Shown here in pieces: positions 48,418-60,327 of a DNA stretch of 64,000 nt. Both the position numbers and the translations under genes were made by a program. The notes beneath the pieces were generated by a model. The model did not search any database and was not told the DNA's origin. It saw only the letters and a list, made by a program, of their open reading frames with translations. The stretch's first letter is position 1; each line of letters begins with the position of its first letter. The stretch is from Chthonomonadales bacterium (GTDB taxonomy: Bacteria > Armatimonadota > Chthonomonadetes > Chthonomonadales > CAJBBX01): contig JBMFSQ010000011.1 of NCBI GenBank assembly GCA_049967475.1, positions 1 to 64,000 on the forward strand, in the 5' to 3' direction.

Positions 48418-50940
48418 ATGAAGCCCATGAAGTGGTTCTTGCCCCTCTGCCTCACCCTGATGGCCGCTGGGCCGCCACCCGTTATGGCGCAGCGCCAACC
48501 TCTGCCGGACCTGGACGTGGTCGCCATCGAACGAACGCCACGATATCCAGGCTACGCACTGGAATATGGTCGGCCGGGATGGAAGGGCATACCCATCCTT
48601 GTGGGCAACCGCACGCGCAAGCCGCTCACGCCCCAAGAGGCTCGCCGCATCCAGCGATGGCCTAAAGAGGGGGAGCTGGTAACGTTCACAGCCCACGTTC
48701 GGAACCACGGCGATGCCCCTGCTCCTCCCTACGACTTCGTATGGATGGTGGATGGAACACCCGTGTCGAAGGGTGCCACTCCGGAAAGCCAGCCTGCTGG
48801 AACGGAACGCACATTCAGTTTCTCCTGGCGATGGAAGACCGGGCGCCACCTTGTCCGGTTCATTGTGGACCCCCTCGTGAAGATCCGCGATGCGTGCCTC
48901 ACCAATAACAGCCGCGAAGACGCCACAGACGCATGGTCCCTCCTCATGGCGGTGGATCGGGAAACCTACGACGCCTTCAATCGCACCGTCAACTTCCTGG
49001 GGACACGCTCCTTCGAGGATTGGGTGCAGTGGCATATAGACCAGATGAACCGCCTCTTCGACCTGAGCCCTTCGCCCTTCGGCCCGTCAAGCTGGAGGCC
49101 CCGGGTTCGGTGCGACAAATTCGTGGTGGTAGCGGATGCATCCAAGCTCTGGGCCAACATCCTTGGACCCGGAGTGCAGCCCTTGGATGCCGGATGGGAC
49201 GGCGCCTGGGGCTTCGGCCGGCGCGCCGACTGCGCCGCATGGGCCGCTGCGCCCGACTGGGGCCTCATCCACGAATGGGGACACCAACTGGGCCTTACCG
49301 ACGAGTATGCGCTGGACCGCCCAGGCTTTCAGAACCTGGTGAAGGACGCCCGGGGCGACCCCCTCCTCATCGGGCGATGGTCCTCTTTGCGCGGCACCAT
49401 GATGCACGGCCACGGCCCTACGCTCTTCTCGCCGGAATGCATGGCGGCCCTTCAAAGCCAGCGCGGCCGCCGGCGCGGCTATTACGGCGACTACTACTAC
49501 TGCATTCCTCGCGTCAACAGGCTGCGCATCTTGGATCGCACCGGCGCCCCTGTGGCAGGTGCCACGGTTACCTTTTGGCAAGACCGTGACGGCATCTTTC
49601 AGGACCCTCCCGTCTTCTTCGGCAAAACGGATGCCCACGGCCTCTTCACCCTCCCTAACCGGCGGGCACCCCACGTCACCACAGACCAGGGCTTCACCTT
49701 GCGGGATAATCCTTTCGGGCAAGTGAATGTAGTAGGGCCCGGCGATGTCTTCTTCATCCGCATCCAGGCGCGGGCACACACCGAGTACACCTGGATGGAC
49801 ATTACCGACTTCAACCTGGCCTATTGGTCGGGCAGGCGCGAAGCAGCAACGTTTCTTCGCAGAACCCACATTCCTGCAGCAGGCTCTCCGCCGCCGCCTT
49901 CCCATGTGTGGATAGACACATACCGCGACACGGTGCACTTGACGTGGAGCCCTGTGCCGCAAGCCCGCAGCTACCGCATCTACGACGGAGTGTCGGACCT
50001 GTTCGACTATCGGCCGGCAGGCACAACCCGTACGCCCAGGTGGACAGGCAAGATGCACGACGCCGGTATGCACCGCTTCGTAGTCACGTGCGTTGACGCC
50101 GCCGGCCGGGAGAGCGCGTATTCCGATTGGGCGGGGGCTATGCGCTTCATCAAACCGTGGGGCATCGCGCTGCTGCCGGACGGACGCGCCATCATCCGCG
50201 ACGCAGCCTACGGGCAAGATATCGTGCGGAAGGCCGATGGCGCCATCCTAGGGTTGATGGGATCCGTGCACTACCACTTCGAAGGCTCCTATGACGTGGC
50301 TGCAGATCCCCGGGGCCGCATCCTAAGCGCCAAATGGGGAGATGGCTACAACCCCGGCCAGGGCTTCAAGATACAGGGATCCGATTTGCAGATTGCCCTG
50401 GAGCGCCTCCAACCGCCGGGCAGAGGTCCGGGCCAGGTCCAAGGCCCCATGGGCATCGCTTCTGATGCAGCTGGGCATATCTTTGTGGCCGACACCGGCA
50501 ATGATCGCATCGAGGAGTTCGGCGCCGACGGCACGTTTCTTCGCGCCGTAGGGGAGGGCGAGCTCAATCAGCCCATGAAGGCGGCGTTCGACGCCTCCGG
50601 CAAACTCTATGTGGCGGACTCGGGTCACAACCGCATCGCTGTTTACGCACGGGATGCCGAAGGCGGGTTCCACCTGGAGCGAAGCCTCACAGGGGTGAAG
50701 GAGCCCGTATACGTACAGGTGGACCGTGAGGGCCGCGTGTACGTAAGCACCAACCGCGATGCAGGCGTTGTGGTGTTGGATAGGGATGGGCGCGTCCTGT
50801 GGAAGTTTCAGGGCACCCCGGTAGAGCCTTTGAGCGGTCCTCGCGGGTTGGCCCTAGACGGCAAAGGCCACCTACTCGTAGTGGACGAGGCATCCCAGCG
50901 CGTGCTCGCCATATCTCTTCCGCCGGAACTCAGGCGCTAA
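48418..50940 (+). CDS. Secreted multidomain putative metallopeptidase (CARDB-like, HExxH, FN3, NHL repeats)
   Basis: Signal peptide; HEWGHQLGLTDEY; FN3-like segment; PMGIA...VADTGNDRI NHL repeats. Confidence 0.75.
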   Translation: MKPMKWFLPLCLTLMAAGPPPVMAQRQPLPDLDVVAIERTPRYPGYALEYGRPGWKGIPILVGNRTRKPLTPQEARRIQRWPKEGELVTFTAHVRNHGDAPAPPYDFVWMVDGTPVSKGATPESQPAGTERTFSFSWRWKTGRHLVRFIVDPLVKIRDACLTNNSREDATDAWSLLMAVDRETYDAFNRTVNFLGTRSFEDWVQWHIDQMNRLFDLSPSPFGPSSWRPRVRCDKFVVVADASKLWANILGPGVQPLDAGWDGAWGFGRRADCAAWAAAPDWGLIHEWGHQLGLTDEYALDRPGFQNLVKDARGDPLLIGRWSSLRGTMMHGHGPTLFSPECMAALQSQRGRRRGYYGDYYYCIPRVNRLRILDRTGAPVAGATVTFWQDRDGIFQDPPVFFGKTDAHGLFTLPNRRAPHVTTDQGFTLRDNPFGQVNVVGPGDVFFIRIQARAHTEYTWMDITDFNLAYWSGRREAATFLRRTHIPAAGSPPPPSHVWIDTYRDTVHLTWSPVPQARSYRIYDGVSDLFDYRPAGTTRTPRWTGKMHDAGMHRFVVTCVDAAGRESAYSDWAGAMRFIKPWGIALLPDGRAIIRDAAYGQDIVRKADGAILGLMGSVHYHFEGSYDVAADPRGRILSAKWGDGYNPGQGFKIQGSDLQIALERLQPPGRGPGQVQGPMGIASDAAGHIFVADTGNDRIEEFGADGTFLRAVGEGELNQPMKAAFDASGKLYVADSGHNRIAVYARDAEGGFHLERSLTGVKEPVYVQVDREGRVYVSTNRDAGVVVLDRDGRVLWKFQGTPVEPLSGPRGLALDGKGHLLVVDEASQRVLAISLPPELRR

Positions 50941-50955
50941 CGGCAAGGCGCAGGC

Positions 50956-52671
<1,716 letters not shown>

Positions 52672-52673
52672 TC

Positions 52674-52712
52674 AACAAAAACACCCCGCGCCCAAGATTT
52701 TGGGGCGGGGTA
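52674..52712 (-). terminator. Attenuator terminator in the pyrG leader
   Basis: Minus strand reads TACCCCGCCCCAA-AATC-TTGGGCGCGGGGTG followed by TTTTTGTT. Confidence 0.8.
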
Positions 52713-52721
52713 TCGCGCACT

Positions 52722-52759
52722 GCCCGTGTCAGTATACCCTCCTCCGCATTGGGGGTCAA
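52722..52759 (-). promoter_or_regulatory. pyrG sigma70 promoter with a GGGC initially transcribed sequence
   Basis: TTGACC-N17-TATACT, then GACAC and GGGC. Confidence 0.8.
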
Positions 52760-52799
52760 CGGCAGGGTCCGCCCGCGTGTGGGCCGCATTTGGGGTCTG

Positions 52800-52828
52800 T
52801 TGCCAAGGCAAGCTCGGTTAGGTATACT
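52800..52828 (+). promoter_or_regulatory. Divergent sigma70 promoter for the menG operon
   Basis: TTGCCA-N17-TATACT. Confidence 0.65.
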
Positions 52829-52874
52829 CATTTGCGCGTTGCTCAAACCGTTGTGACATGCAGAAACTCATGTG

Positions 52875-53606
52875 ATGGCTGCCCAGAACGCCTCGCCCGT
52901 CCCTTATTCCAGAGAGCATCCGGACACCGTGCGGAGCATGTTCGCTGCCATTGCGCGGCGTTACGACCTGCTCAACACGCTCCTCAGTTTCAACCGCCAC
53001 AAGGCATGGAGGCGATACGCCGTCCGTGCCGCCGGCCTCAGGCCAGGCCAGAGCGCCCTTGACGTCTGCACCGGCACGGGAGACTTTGCGGTGGAACTTT
53101 TTAGGGCGGTGGGTTCGTCCGGCCTCGTGGTTGGGGCAGACTTTTGTCGTCCCATGATTGTCCAGGGCATGCCGAAGGTGCGCAAGGCATCGGGCGGGCG
53201 CATCCGAATGATGCTTGCAGACGGGTTGCGGCTTCCATACAAAGCCGACAGCTTCCATTGCGCCACTGTGGGCTTCGGCATCCGCAACATGGCTGATGCC
53301 GCTCTGGCCCTTCAGGAGATGACACGCGTGGTCCGCCCGGGAGGTTGCGTTGTATGCCTCGAATTCAGCCGGCCTACCAACCCTATCGTGCGAAGAATCA
53401 GTGACATCTACCAGATGCGGATCCTGCCGATGATTGGCGGCCTCCTCAGCCGGCGGGATGCGTACACCTACCTGCCGCGTTCCATCCAAACCTTCTACAG
53501 CCGCGAGGAGATGGCTTCCCTGATGCGCTCGGCAGGACTGGAAGACGTGCGTGTGCACAATCTCAACCTCGGCACGGTTTGCGTCCACATAGGTACCAAG
53601 AGATGA
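52875..53606 (+). CDS. menG: Demethylmenaquinone methyltransferase
   Basis: MFAAIARRYDLLNTLLSF..HKAWR, LDVCTGTGD, FGIRN, AYTYLPRS. Confidence 0.92.
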   Translation: MAAQNASPVPYSREHPDTVRSMFAAIARRYDLLNTLLSFNRHKAWRRYAVRAAGLRPGQSALDVCTGTGDFAVELFRAVGSSGLVVGADFCRPMIVQGMPKVRKASGGRIRMMLADGLRLPYKADSFHCATVGFGIRNMADAALALQEMTRVVRPGGCVVCLEFSRPTNPIVRRISDIYQMRILPMIGGLLSRRDAYTYLPRSIQTFYSREEMASLMRSAGLEDVRVHNLNLGTVCVHIGTKR

Positions 53607-54619
53607 GCGCTCCCGCACGCATCGGCACGGATCCCGACACCGGCCTTGCTTCCTTCCTGGAATGGCTTCAGCCAGACCTCCAAGTGATCGAGGAGCACAT
53701 TAACGCCGAGATCGCATCGGATGTGCGGGAGATATGCAACCTCGGAGGCCACGTACTGCGCGCCGGGGGTAAACGCCTTCGGCCCGCCATGGTCGTGCTC
53801 TCCGCCCGCGCTGTAAACCCTGAGCCCGATGTGCAGCGTCTGGTTACCATTGCCGCATCCGTTGAACTCGTGCACATGGCCACCCTCGTACACGACGATG
53901 TGGTGGATAACACGTCCATACGGCGCGGACGCCCCACAGCCAATGCGGTCTTCGGCAATGGCGTGGCGGTATTGGCCGGGGACTTCCTGCTTGCCAAAGC
54001 CATGCGACTGCTTGCGTTGGACGGCGATCTTCGGGTGATCCGCACGGTGTCGGATATCACCACAGAGATGAGCGAGGGCGAAGTGATGGAGATCCTCGCC
54101 ACGGGAGACGCCGCCATAACACCCGGGCATTACTTCGAGATCCTCCGTAAGAAGACTGCCGTGTTCGTGGACGGCTGCTGCCGCTGCGGCGCCATCGTGG
54201 GAGGTGCCACTCCGGAACAGGAGGCCGCCCTCGCGCAATACGGATACCATCTGGGCATGGCCTTCCAGATTGCCGACGATCTCTTGGACTATACCGGAGA
54301 TCCCCGCATCACGGGCAAGCCGGTGGGGAGCGACTTGAGAGACGGGCGCGCTACGCTCCCCCTCCTCATCGCCTTGAGCGAAGCAAGCCCCTCCTCCCGG
54401 GACACGCTCCTGGAGGTATTCGGCCGCGATCCGTTGCATCCGGACGATGTGGCCCGCGTCGTGCACATCATGCATGAGTGCGACGCCTTCGAGCATACCC
54501 GCGCCATCGCACGCCGCCACGTACAACAGGCCGAACTTGCCCTGGAAGCACTTCCTGCCAGCCTCGCACGGGAATGCTTCGCGGCGCTGAACCAATATGT
54601 AATCCAGAGGGACAAGTGA
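53603..54619 (+). CDS. Polyprenyl diphosphate synthase (HepT/IspB-like)
   Basis: GGKRLRP, ATLVHDDVVD, RRGRPT, FQIADDLLD. Confidence 0.93.
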   Translation: MSAPARIGTDPDTGLASFLEWLQPDLQVIEEHINAEIASDVREICNLGGHVLRAGGKRLRPAMVVLSARAVNPEPDVQRLVTIAASVELVHMATLVHDDVVDNTSIRRGRPTANAVFGNGVAVLAGDFLLAKAMRLLALDGDLRVIRTVSDITTEMSEGEVMEILATGDAAITPGHYFEILRKKTAVFVDGCCRCGAIVGGATPEQEAALAQYGYHLGMAFQIADDLLDYTGDPRITGKPVGSDLRDGRATLPLLIALSEASPSSRDTLLEVFGRDPLHPDDVARVVHIMHECDAFEHTRAIARRHVQQAELALEALPASLARECFAALNQYVIQRDK

Positions 54620-55419
54620 GCCGGGCTGGTTCGCTTCCGCATCCCGTTGCGTACGTGTTCGACCTCGACGGGGTTCTCTACCGCATGGATGAACCGGTTC
54701 CATGGGCCCGGGAAGCTTTGGAACGGCTGCGGGCGGCAGGGCGCAGGATCTTTTTCTTGACGAACAACTCCTCCAAGACACGCGCCGATTATGTAGCCAA
54801 GCTCGCCGGCTTCGGCATCCCCGCAACCGAAGAGGAAGTAATGACCTCTGCCTACGCTCTGGGCGTCCATTTCGCCGAAGCGGGTGCTGCAGGTTCGAGC
54901 GTGTATGTCATTGGGGAACAGGGTCTCGTTGCCGAATTGCAGGCAGCCGGGATGCGGGTAGTGCCCTTCCACCCGCAACATTCTGCCGATTACGTGGTGG
55001 TCGGGTGGGACCGGGGGCTTACATATACGAAGCTTGCCGAAGCCCACCGCCTCATCACGGCAGGGTCCAGGTTCATCGCCACGAACCGCGACGCCACCTA
55101 TCCGGACGCCGGCGGCCTTACCCTCCCCGGTAACGGCGCTGCCGTGGCTGCTCTGGTTACCTCGACAGGGGTCAACCCGCTCACCATAGGCAAGCCCGAG
55201 CCTTACACCGTACAACTGATCCTGCGGAGGGCCGGCATCGCTCCGGAACAATGCCTGGTGGTGGGCGACCGCCTGGACACGGACATCGCAGCCGGAAAGC
55301 GGGTGGGCACGCCCACGGCCCTCGTCCTTACCGGCGTAACCTCCCGGGCCGAAGCGGAAGCCGCGCCGCCTCATCTCCAGCCGGACTTCATCCTGGAGGA
55401 CTTGCGCGCCCTTCCCTAG
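54616..55419 (+). CDS. HAD-IIA (NagD-like) phosphatase
   Basis: FDLDGVLY, LTNNS, IGKP, VGDRLDTDI; GTG overlaps the upstream stop. Confidence 0.92.
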   Translation: MSRAGSLPHPVAYVFDLDGVLYRMDEPVPWAREALERLRAAGRRIFFLTNNSSKTRADYVAKLAGFGIPATEEEVMTSAYALGVHFAEAGAAGSSVYVIGEQGLVAELQAAGMRVVPFHPQHSADYVVVGWDRGLTYTKLAEAHRLITAGSRFIATNRDATYPDAGGLTLPGNGAAVAALVTSTGVNPLTIGKPEPYTVQLILRRAGIAPEQCLVVGDRLDTDIAAGKRVGTPTALVLTGVTSRAEAEAAPPHLQPDFILEDLRALP

Positions 55420-55431
55420 CCGGCTCCCCGC

Positions 55432-56910
55432 CTAGGCGGTCCGCTCCAGGGAGGGCGCCGGCGGGTTCTCCGGGATGTCTGGTGCGGGCAAATCCGCGGA
55501 CTGGAAGCACAACCAATTGGAATGGAGCACGCGGTTGCGTCCGGACCGCTTAGCGTGGTAGAGAGCTCGGTCGGCTTCTTTCACCAAATCCGAGGGATGG
55601 TCCATGCGCATATCGCGCGTGGCGATGCCGAAGCTGGCGGTTACCGGGCGCAGGGGCCATGGATGGGCTTCGACGGCACAACGAAGCCGCTCTGCGATCT
55701 GGATGCTTTGCTTGGCATCGGCTCCGGGCAGCAGCACGGCGAATTCTTCCCCGCCGTAGCGGGCCGCCGTGTCGCAATCCCGCACGTTCTCCTTTAGGAT
55801 CCGGCTTACTGTTCGCAGTACATCATCCCCTGCAGGGTGCCCGAAGGTGTCGTTGTAATCTTTGAATTTGTCTACGTCCAGCATGATGAGGGAGAGTTCC
55901 ATATTCTGGCGGGAAGAAAGCGCAAAGAGGTCGTTAAGGGACGAGAGGAAGAAGCGATGGTTCCGAAGGCCCGTGAGGCCATCGGTTCGGGCCGACTCGG
56001 CGAGGGCGGCGTTGGCCGCCTTGAGTTCTTCGTTGAGCGCATCGGCGCGGCGAAGTTGTTGTTCCAATTCTCTGCGCAAGCGGTTCCGCTCGGTAACATC
56101 CATGGTTGCGGCAATGGCTCCGGTTATGACGCCTTCCGGACCCCTCAGCGGGAACGTACTCAGAAGAACGTCTATCTGCCGGCCATCCAGGGCGAAGTGG
56201 CAGCACTCCAGGTTCACCATCCGCTCACCCTTGAACACGCGGGTTACGATGCCCTTGCTCGTTTCCACATCTTCCGGCCCCACCAGCACCTCCCAAACCG
56301 GGCGCTCAAAAACCTTAGGGCCGGTCCATCCGTACAATTCTTCGGCGGCATGGTTCCACTCGTGGATGCGTCCTTCAGCGTCGTAGGTGTACGCGGGAAC
56401 GGGCAAGCCGTCGAAGAGCTGGGAAAAGCGCAAATTGGCTGCGGACACACACGACATCGTCTCCTGCAGTTCCTCGTTCTGGGCGGACATTTCGTCCCGT
56501 ATCTCTTCCAGCTCCTCGGCATGGCGGCGGAGATCGTCCTGCATCTTGAGGATGCGTTGGGCTACACCCAAGCGCGCCAGGAGCTCATCGGGATCGAGAG
56601 GCTTGGTGAGAAAGTCATCAGCACCGGCTTGGAGCCCTTCCAGGCGGTCCTCACGGTGGTCCTTGGCGGTGCACAGGATGAAATACGCATAATAATCGTG
56701 GATATTGCTGCGCACGAGCCTGCAGAGCTGCAAACCGTCCATTTCGGGCATCATCCAATCGGAGATAATGATCCTACAGGGTTCCGCTTGAATGAGTTGC
56801 CAGGCCGCCAGCCCGTTCGGGGCGATTTGGGGCGTATGCCCCAACTTCTCGATCATGCGCGCCAGGATCCGTTGGGACACGGCGTCGTCTTCAACCACCA
56901 GAATCTTCAC
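55432..56910 (-). CDS. Response regulator diguanylate cyclase (REC-PAS-GGDEF)
   Basis: ILVVEDD, SDWMMP, PAS, DVDKFKDYND, RDCD I-site, RYGGEEF. Confidence 0.94.
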   Translation of the reverse strand: MKILVVEDDAVSQRILARMIEKLGHTPQIAPNGLAAWQLIQAEPCRIIISDWMMPEMDGLQLCRLVRSNIHDYYAYFILCTAKDHREDRLEGLQAGADDFLTKPLDPDELLARLGVAQRILKMQDDLRRHAEELEEIRDEMSAQNEELQETMSCVSAANLRFSQLFDGLPVPAYTYDAEGRIHEWNHAAEELYGWTGPKVFERPVWEVLVGPEDVETSKGIVTRVFKGERMVNLECCHFALDGRQIDVLLSTFPLRGPEGVITGAIAATMDVTERNRLRRELEQQLRRADALNEELKAANAALAESARTDGLTGLRNHRFFLSSLNDLFALSSRQNMELSLIMLDVDKFKDYNDTFGHPAGDDVLRTVSRILKENVRDCDTAARYGGEEFAVLLPGADAKQSIQIAERLRCAVEAHPWPLRPVTASFGIATRDMRMDHPSDLVKEADRALYHAKRSGRNRVLHSNWLCFQSADLPAPDIPENPPAPSLERTA

Positions 56911-57118
56911 ACTGCTGCCTCCAACAGGCGATCATTCCGTGGATCCGCCGGGCTGCGGCAACGAGGCGGCACGCCCGGGGAAGTCCACGCACCTCGGGAT
57001 GCGGGGCTTCTTGGTGTCTTTATCGGTTCACGCGCCATCCAACTGGAGCGCATACTCCGATTGATCCGGCCGGCTGCAGCGGCTACAATAAGATCGGATG
57101 AAGGAGGCCGCGCTGCGA

Positions 57119-58162
57119 ATGGTGCATCAGCTTGGTACGGCGACACTCAAGTCGGGCGAAAAACTGGAGATTGTACGAGTTTCGTCTCCAGACACACAGG
57201 AAGCGCAAGCCGTGCGCGACCTGCTGGAGGAACGACCCGCGCCCCTTCCGCCGGAATTCCGATATCTTTTTCAGGCTGTGAAGGAGCTTTTGGCCCACAA
57301 AAGCCCTGAGTGGCACACGCACATGGATGCTGCCCTGCGGGGAGACACCGGCGGCCTCCAGACACGCTTCTACCTGGGCGTACTCGACGGAAGGCCGGTA
57401 GCCAATGTCCTCACCTCCGAGCAGCATGGCATCGGCATCGTGTCTCACGTGTTCACCCATCCCCAGCACCGGCAGAAAGGCATCTGCCGGGCCGTGATGG
57501 GCGCTCAGATGGAGGACTTCCGTGCGCGAGGCGGGCGCGCCTTGTTGCTGGGTACGGGCTTTGAGACACCCCCGTACTGGATCTACCATTCCTTCGGCTT
57601 CCGATCCATTCAAGGCGGCTTCATGCGGTACACCACGCCAGGTTTCGAGGGCTTCGAGGAGGACTGGTTCGCTCCACGCGATGCGCAGATCGTTCCCGCA
57701 GATTGGCGCCACTGGCCTCTTGTGGCGTTGCTGGCCTCCCTTCCGGCCCCCGAGCGTCTGCGAAGCTATGCCTGGCGCCTATTCGGCGTCGGGAATTTGG
57801 AGCACCCCTATGTGGATTTCATGAGCCGCCGATTGAACCGAGGGGATGTGAATGGGGTGATGCTCGAGGCAGAGAATGGGGCTGTAGTCGGTTGCGGCAC
57901 CCTTATACCCGATGCAGTCTGGCCCCAAATCCAAATTCTGGACGTTTTCACGCACCCGAACTTCACGGAGCGCCTCATCGAACTGGTCCGCGCCCTCGTG
58001 CCGAGGCAGGGCCGCATCCTTGCCTATGCCGATGCGAACGCCCCGCACAAAGCAGCGGCCCTGGAAGAGTGTTCCTTCGTGCGTGAAGGGACACTGCGCA
58101 ACCACCTGCGTGCGGGCCAAGCGCGGGGCGACGTATACGTGTATGCTCGAAATGGAGAGTAG
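57119..58162 (+). CDS. GNAT family acetyltransferase (two GNAT-like domains)
   Basis: VFTHPQHRQKGI acetyl-CoA motif, YHSFGF; RBS AAGGAGG (alternative start 57098). Confidence 0.82.
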   Translation: MVHQLGTATLKSGEKLEIVRVSSPDTQEAQAVRDLLEERPAPLPPEFRYLFQAVKELLAHKSPEWHTHMDAALRGDTGGLQTRFYLGVLDGRPVANVLTSEQHGIGIVSHVFTHPQHRQKGICRAVMGAQMEDFRARGGRALLLGTGFETPPYWIYHSFGFRSIQGGFMRYTTPGFEGFEEDWFAPRDAQIVPADWRHWPLVALLASLPAPERLRSYAWRLFGVGNLEHPYVDFMSRRLNRGDVNGVMLEAENGAVVGCGTLIPDAVWPQIQILDVFTHPNFTERLIELVRALVPRQGRILAYADANAPHKAAALEECSFVREGTLRNHLRAGQARGDVYVYARNGE

Positions 58163-58163
58163 A

Positions 58164-59351
58164 ATGCGCACCCTTTACTTGGATTGCTTTGCCGGCATCG
58201 CGGGTGATATGCTTTTGGGAGCGATGCTCGCGTGCGGCGTCGAAGAGGAGCGCCTGCGGCAGGAGCTGGCGCGCCTCAACGTACGCGGATGGAAATTGCG
58301 CGTGGAGAACGTTCAGCGCAACGGCATCGGCGCGGTGGATGTGTCCGTAGACGTTGAGGATGCCCCCCACCATCACCGGCATCTGGCGGATATCGAAGAG
58401 ATCATCACGTCGAGTTCGCTGCCGCAGCGCGTTCAGGAGCGCGCCGTCGCCGTGTTCCGAAGGCTGGCCGAGGCCGAGGCCAAGATCCACGGCACCACAC
58501 CCCAGAAGATCCATTTCCACGAGGTGGGCGCCCTGGACGCGATTGTGGATATCACCGGCGCCTGCATCGGGCTGGAGCTTTTGGGCGTAGAACAAGTGGT
58601 CGCGTCTCCCTTACCCATGGGCCGAGGCTTCGTAGAATGCGCCCACGGCATCCTGCCCCTCCCGGCTCCTGCGGTTCTGGAGCTTCTTCGTGGCGTTCCG
58701 GCCTACGGCGTAGATGTGGAAGCAGAGTTGGTGACGCCCACAGGAGCCGCCCTGGTCACGACGCTGGCCCAATCCTATGGTCCCCTGCCGGTCATGGCCA
58801 TCGAGGCCACGGGATACGGAGCAGGCAAGCGGCAACTGAAGGATCGTCCGAACCTCCTCCGAGCGATCCTAGGAACGGTGGATGCGCATTTCGCCTCATC
58901 CGCCCCGGAAGTGGCTGTGCTGGAAACGAACCTGGACGACGTTTCCCCGCAGTTTTACGAGGTGGTGACGCGACGCCTGTTCGACGCCGGCGCATTGGAC
59001 GTATACCTAACTCCCGTGCAGATGAAAAAGGAGCGGCCCGGAGTTCTGCTGACCGTGCTGGCGGATCCGCAGCGCGCCGAGGCATTGGCCGATGTGATCT
59101 TCCGCGAAACCACAACCATGGGAGTGCGGTTCCATATGGGGAAGCGCCTCTGCCTGGAACGGGAATGGCAAACGGTGCAAACCGAGTACGGCGCTATCCG
59201 GGTGAAAATAGGCCGATGGAAGGGCGCGCCTACGGTAGCCTCCCCGGAATACGAGGACGTAAAGGCGGCGGCTTCGGCAAGCGGAGCACCCGTCTACAAG
59301 GTTTATCAGGCAGCCCAGGCCGCCTACAATCAACAGATGTCCTCCGGCTGA
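58164..59351 (+). CDS. larC: Nickel pincer cofactor nickel-insertion protein LarC
   Basis: YLDCFAGIAGDM, His patch, HFHEVGALDAIVD, ELVTPTGAA, ETNLDD, MKKERPG, PEYED. Confidence 0.94.
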   Translation: MRTLYLDCFAGIAGDMLLGAMLACGVEEERLRQELARLNVRGWKLRVENVQRNGIGAVDVSVDVEDAPHHHRHLADIEEIITSSSLPQRVQERAVAVFRRLAEAEAKIHGTTPQKIHFHEVGALDAIVDITGACIGLELLGVEQVVASPLPMGRGFVECAHGILPLPAPAVLELLRGVPAYGVDVEAELVTPTGAALVTTLAQSYGPLPVMAIEATGYGAGKRQLKDRPNLLRAILGTVDAHFASSAPEVAVLETNLDDVSPQFYEVVTRRLFDAGALDVYLTPVQMKKERPGVLLTVLADPQRAEALADVIFRETTTMGVRFHMGKRLCLEREWQTVQTEYGAIRVKIGRWKGAPTVASPEYEDVKAAASASGAPVYKVYQAAQAAYNQQMSSG

Positions 59352-59402
59352 TGACGCGCCGCCGTTGTGGAAACGACACTGTTGGCAACGGGCTAAGCAC
59401 CG

Positions 59403-59879
59403 ATGCAACCTCATGAGACGAACCTCTTTTGCCCGCGCTGCGGCACTCGGAATGTGCTGGGGCATCCCCGGTGCCGGGGATGCGGCGCTTCGCTCCCCCC
59501 GCCTGAAGTCCTGATCCCGCGCAGGGCAGCCGGACCGCGCCGCGGGCGGTTCTTTGGCTTTGCGGCCTTGGCGATTGCAGCGCTCATCCTCGCCGGCTTC
59601 CTCGTGCTCCACCAGGTTGCGGGAAGGACCGGCGTAACCCCGGGGACAGCTCCGTTCCCGGCAAGCTTGCAGCCGGCGCGGTCGTCCTCGGAGGCGGCGC
59701 CTGCAGAAGAAGATCCCCTCATTGCGGAAGCCCGCCGCACCATCCGGCGCCTGCAGGAAGAACATGGGTTGGCTCCGCCTCCTACGGATGAGGCAGGGCG
59801 CGTCCACCTCAGATCCGGCGGAAGCATCAGCCGGGAGGAGTGGGAGCGCGCGGCGCGCAGCCTCCAGTCCCAACCGTAG
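59403..59879 (+). CDS. Zinc-ribbon + TM hypothetical protein
   Basis: CPRCG..CRGCG followed by a TM helix. Confidence 0.7.
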   Translation: MQPHETNLFCPRCGTRNVLGHPRCRGCGASLPPPEVLIPRRAAGPRRGRFFGFAALAIAALILAGFLVLHQVAGRTGVTPGTAPFPASLQPARSSSEAAPAEEDPLIAEARRTIRRLQEEHGLAPPPTDEAGRVHLRSGGSISREEWERAARSLQSQP

Positions 59880-59914
59880 ACCCTGCATTCCACCGAAACA
59901 GGAGGATCTCACCC

Positions 59915-60262
59915 ATGCCGATCTTCGAGTATCGCTGCAATCAATGCCATAGACGCTTCAGCGCACTGGTAGGCGTGCTCGCCGAGGCCCGCCCGCCTGC
60001 CTGCCCCCGGTGCGGCTCCAAGGATCTGCAGAAGATGGTGTCCCGCTTTGCACGCGTGCGCTCGGAAGAGGACGCCTTGGAAGATCTTGCCGATGAGAGC
60101 CGTTACGGCGACATCGAGAATGACCCTAAGGCCATGCGGCAATGGGTTCGGGATATGGGCAAGGCCATGGACGAAGACATGGAGGAAGACCTGGAAGCGG
60201 CCTTGGATGAGGAGCTCTCCGGCAAGGAAGCAGGCGCAGGCGATGACGACACGGTATACTGA
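59915..60262 (+). CDS. FmdB-family zinc-ribbon protein
   Basis: MPIFEYRCNQC...CPRCGS and acidic tail; RBS AGGAGG. Confidence 0.9.
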   Translation: MPIFEYRCNQCHRRFSALVGVLAEARPPACPRCGSKDLQKMVSRFARVRSEEDALEDLADESRYGDIENDPKAMRQWVRDMGKAMDEDMEEDLEAALDEELSGKEAGAGDDDTVY

Positions 60263-60327
60263 TGGGGCGAAGAGCTTGCCCGCCCGTCACCTGGGGCAGG
60301 CGCGCTGCGTAAGGTATTTCAGGAGGA

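Noticed and set aside
57912..59351. larC without larA/larB/larE as a novel system, and its long N-terminal extension
   Set aside because: lar biosynthesis genes are often dispersed, and the true start is 58164.
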